Shown here piece by piece: positions 60,795 through 64,000 of a DNA stretch of 64,000 nucleotides (within the stretch, counting starts at the first letter, position 1; the number at the start of each line of letters is the position of its first letter). The DNA is from a virus. The notes under the pieces are model-generated. The model did no database searches, was not told where the DNA came from, and worked only from the letters and a program-made list of their open reading frames with translations. The DNA lies in the IMG/VR virus record IMGVR_UViG_3300027973_000044, positions 17,924-81,923 of that record. One strand, written 5' to 3'. The position numbers and the translations under genes are program-made.

Positions 60795-62047
60795 GTTTCT
60801 CCCCATGTCACCCAATGTGACCAAGTGCCTGATCTGTTTGTATAAACAGGGGTGCCAGAGACCCCTGTTCCCCATTTTAAATCATTTGGAAATGATCCAC
60901 ATGTGCCTCCATCCCAACCAGCACCTATGGCACCAATGGAATCACCCCAACTGCATGGATTTTGTGTGTTATTATAAATGCCATGAGCTCCGGAGGATCC
61001 AAGATGAACTCTTCTGTAAGCATACCCACTGTCTGCAGCTAAAGAAGAAACTGTATTATATTGTTGAAATGTGTTGAAATAAACAGCCGCGCGATAGTCA
61101 AGAGCATCTCTCTGAACTAATAATCCCTGCATAGGGATATTTAAATCTATTTCATTAACGGTTGCAGTAGAAGCATATGCAGATCGAAATGTGCAACAAA
61201 ATGGTTTACTATCATAATAATTAGATCTGTACTCCATTTGACGAGGCGCTGTCATTCTGCCTGCTCTGAAATAGTATGTATTGCCAGATGTTGCTCCTAA
61301 CTCTTGAGCTTGATATGGACTAATAAAAGGATAAGCTAAACTACCATCAGCAAATCTTCCAAAAACAGAAGCTGCTTGAGTTTTATAGTTAGTATAAATT
61401 TCTGTTGGTGATAATGGTCTGTTATAAATTCTTATAGCACTTATGCTGCCATTAAGATAATAAGCTCGACCACCATTGAATCCACCAAATGCACCTATTG
61501 AACAACCATTCGTATTTGTTTGAATTGTTCCTGTTTGAGTATCTGATGCTGCAAGAATACTATTAAAATAAACACGCCTATTACCACTCGTAAAAGTTCC
61601 AACTATATGGTTCCATACGTTAGTAGATATGGAGCTATATGGAACTCTCATATCACTATAGGGACTAAAATTTTGTCTAAAAACTACAGAGCCATCAGAC
61701 TGTTCAAAGAATAAACTATATTGAGTATTAACATTACCTTTTTCAAAAATAAATCCATTCTGAGCTAAAGAAGGAACATTTACCCAAGATTCAATTGTGA
61801 GTGTTTGTGTGTTAAGTCTGGATAGTTCGGGAATAATTATAACAGTATCATTTCCATTAAATGTAAATTTATTAGTTGCAAAAATAGGATTATTTACTAA
61901 TTGTGCTGCATCAGTAGAAGTGCTTGTTGAAATATCCTTCCAAGTGGTTTTACCTGCATTGAACGAATTAGGGTTGCTGGCATCCAAATATAACTGCAAG
62001 CCATCTCTTACTATTCTAGGGCCAGCAAAACCATAACTGGTAGCCAT
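60791..62047 (-). CDS. LamG-domain protein with an extra C-terminal domain
   Basis: DGLQLYLDASN, TIESWV, WNHIVGTF and IYNRPLS, then about 190 aa starting DGSLAYPF. Confidence 0.8.
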   Translation of the reverse strand: MATSYGFAGPRIVRDGLQLYLDASNPNSFNAGKTTWKDISTSTSTDAAQLVNNPIFATNKFTFNGNDTVIIIPELSRLNTQTLTIESWVNVPSLAQNGFIFEKGNVNTQYSLFFEQSDGSVVFRQNFSPYSDMRVPYSSISTNVWNHIVGTFTSGNRRVYFNSILAASDTQTGTIQTNTNGCSIGAFGGFNGGRAYYLNGSISAIRIYNRPLSPTEIYTNYKTQAASVFGRFADGSLAYPFISPYQAQELGATSGNTYYFRAGRMTAPRQMEYRSNYYDSKPFCCTFRSAYASTATVNEIDLNIPMQGLLVQRDALDYRAAVYFNTFQQYNTVSSLAADSGYAYRRVHLGSSGAHGIYNNTQNPCSWGDSIGAIGAGWDGGTCGSFPNDLKWGTGVSGTPVYTNRSGTWSHWVTWGET

Positions 62048-62048
62048 A

Positions 62049-64000
62049 TCAACACTCCACTTGCAATTGAGGTATATCTTTTCTTATGGCTGTGAACGAC
62101 CAGAAGAATTTGTATTCTCCTTTGTCAAATAGCTTCTTCTCACACTTGACTGTGAAGGTATTGTTGCTCACATCTATATCATCCACAAACAATGTTTTGT
62201 TGTGTTGATAATTGGTCAATTGAATATTCACACCTTCTTGATGCACCAAGCTAAAAATATAATCTGGAAGAGGCACCACTACTGAATCACCACTCTTTAC
62301 AGACCCGCTGCCAGTGAGACGAACACCATGATAAGGAGATTCCAAGCTTCCATATTGCAAATGCATGCCAGGTTTGGTAGGATGTTGAATATAAAATGAC
62401 TTGGTTGCTGCTGCTACATGGTTGAAATATCCAATAGCTGAAGCACTGATATTACCAGTTACAGTTAAAGAACCAGTCATGATATCACCAGACAATTTTA
62501 CAAAGTTTGTATTTACATAGGAAACACTGACACCAGAGAGATAGTTGCTGCTATTTGATATAAGATTGGTGTATGCAGTATTCCATTGATTGCTATTACC
62601 ACCTGATGCTGTAATAACACCGTTAACATGTAGTTTAGTTGCAGGAGTTGTTTGACTAATACCTACGTTTCCATTTGAATGAATAATTAATTGTTGGTCA
62701 AAATAACTATTATCGTTAATTGACATCCAAGTGGCCCCTGGTGCACCTCTGACCATGAATACATAATTTCCTGCATTAGAAGCTGTTCTTTTGAATCTCA
62801 AGAGAGGATCAGACACATCCGCCGCTTGCACTGTAAATAATTCTGGGTACCCTATTCCTGAATTATCTAAGATAAACAGTTTTGGATTTAATGCCGGTGC
62901 TCCGGTGTTGTTATTTAAAATTTGCACAAATGCCGACGACAAACCAGTCGCACTTAAGCCCCCGGTCATAACATCACCAGATAATTTTACAAAGTTTGTA
63001 TTTACATATGAAACGCTGGCGCCGGAAAGATAGTTGCTACTATTTGATACAAGATTGGTGTACGCTGTATCCCAATTGGCGCTGTTGGTGCTGACATTGG
63101 CATAAGTCCTCTGCCAGCTGCCTGTGATTTGTTGAATGTTGGTAACTCTATCGGCTACTGCTCCGATGTCGGCAGACTCCTCCCAAGTTGCCGAGAAATT
63201 CCTTACAGTTGTGTAAACATCTGTCCAATTAGCACTGTTAGTATTGGTAGTGGTCCAGTTGGAGTTCCATTTATTACTATTACCGCCTAATACTGTGATA
63301 ACACCATTACTACTAATAGCACCATTGACTGTTAATTCAGCTGATGGGAAGCTTGTGTTTATACCTACTTGACCCAAAGGATTCCCACCGCCTTGTGCAT
63401 TTCCAACATGCAGTACTTCTACACCGTCTCCATCATAAAAACTAGCCACATCATAGGGGCCGGCAGCTTGATACACATACAATGCAGGTCCTGGTCCGAG
63501 ATTAACAACACTCAAAGCACTAGTAGTAGTGAAGATAGTATTCTTAAATGTACTGGAGCCTAGGGCAGTTAAGTTACCTTGTATAGTTACATTTTGACTG
63601 AATGTTGTGTTTTGGTTGGTATAAGCAATATTGCTCGGTATACCTGTGTATGCTGTTGTTTGTGTGGTGTTGTCTGGGAATGTTATCCGCGGACCTGATT
63701 CAGATGTACCAAAGGTCCATCCGCTAAAAGATGCAAGGGTGATCCCGTCTGTGGTGTTGCTAACTTTTGTTCCAATACGAACATCATTGTCGGGATACCC
63801 CCTAGCTTCAACTAGAATTTGACTTGTTAGTGTTGGTCCAGACTCGCTTAAACTATTGAAAACTTCATATGCAATGGCGGACCTGTTGCTTTCTACATCA
63901 ACTCGGCCACCGGTTGCAAGAACTGAATCACCAACAGTATTTGTAGTTCCATTTGAGATAGAAGTTTTTGATCCAGACACTGCAATTTCACTTCCTACAA
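62049..64000 (-). CDS. Tail fibre protein, 5'-partial
   Basis: Frame is open to the window edge; GNVGISQTTPATKLHVNG and NSANW repeats; C-terminal KSFYIQHPTKPGMHLQYGSLESP..LPDY..QLT resembles chaperone-type fibre ends. Confidence 0.8.
   Translation of the reverse strand, partial: VGSEIAVSGSKTSISNGTTNTVGDSVLATGGRVDVESNRSAIAYEVFNSLSESGPTLTSQILVEARGYPDNDVRIGTKVSNTTDGITLASFSGWTFGTSESGPRITFPDNTTQTTAYTGIPSNIAYTNQNTTFSQNVTIQGNLTALGSSTFKNTIFTTTSALSVVNLGPGPALYVYQAAGPYDVASFYDGDGVEVLHVGNAQGGGNPLGQVGINTSFPSAELTVNGAISSNGVITVLGGNSNKWNSNWTTTNTNSANWTDVYTTVRNFSATWEESADIGAVADRVTNIQQITGSWQRTYANVSTNSANWDTAYTNLVSNSSNYLSGASVSYVNTNFVKLSGDVMTGGLSATGLSSAFVQILNNNTGAPALNPKLFILDNSGIGYPELFTVQAADVSDPLLRFKRTASNAGNYVFMVRGAPGATWMSINDNSYFDQQLIIHSNGNVGISQTTPATKLHVNGVITASGGNSNQWNTAYTNLISNSSNYLSGVSVSYVNTNFVKLSGDIMTGSLTVTGNISASAIGYFNHVAAATKSFYIQHPTKPGMHLQYGSLESPYHGVRLTGSGSVKSGDSVVVPLPDYIFSLVHQEGVNIQLTNYQHNKTLFVDDIDVSNNTFTVKCEKKLFDKGEYKFFWSFTAIRKDIPQLQVEC
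62473..63074. repeat. Imperfect ~110 bp direct repeat pair (about 62473-62585 and 62962-63074) inside the fibre gene
   Basis: Both copies encode YTNLxSNSSNYLSGxSVSYVNTNFVKLSGDxMTG; offset 489 bp. Confidence 0.85.

Noticed and set aside
1-64000. Alternative genetic code
   Set aside because: Long conserved genes are uninterrupted in code 11, and TAA, TAG and TGA all end genes at sensible boundaries.

Overview
A 64 kb piece of a large T4-like (myovirus) phage genome, AT-rich, standard genetic code, almost fully coding. It has four parts. (1) 1-35.6 kb: tail sheath, tube and baseplate genes, then large baseplate/fibre proteins, interrupted by a small terminase-small/dUTPase/clamp-loader block. 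(2) 34.6-39.6 kb: neck and head module (gp13, gp4, gp21, gp22, gp23) ending in a strong terminator. (3) 39.7-48.9 kb: a late-promoter gene fusing a virion-type N-terminal segment to an LCIB/theta-type carbonic anhydrase domain, then an AT-rich island with glycosyltransferases, three radical SAM enzymes, a sulfotransferase and a short DegT-like protein. (4) 48.9-64 kb, minus strand: paralogous large virion proteins, LamG lectin-domain proteins and a tail fibre that runs off the window. Main observations: the possibly virion-displayed carbonic anhydrase; promoters placed 4-7 nt before start codons, implying leaderless mRNAs; an RCC1/BLIP-II propeller with near-identical frameworks and hypervariable loops inserted into a fibre domain; and modular swapping among fibre genes. 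All family calls come from motif recognition by eye. No database search was run.
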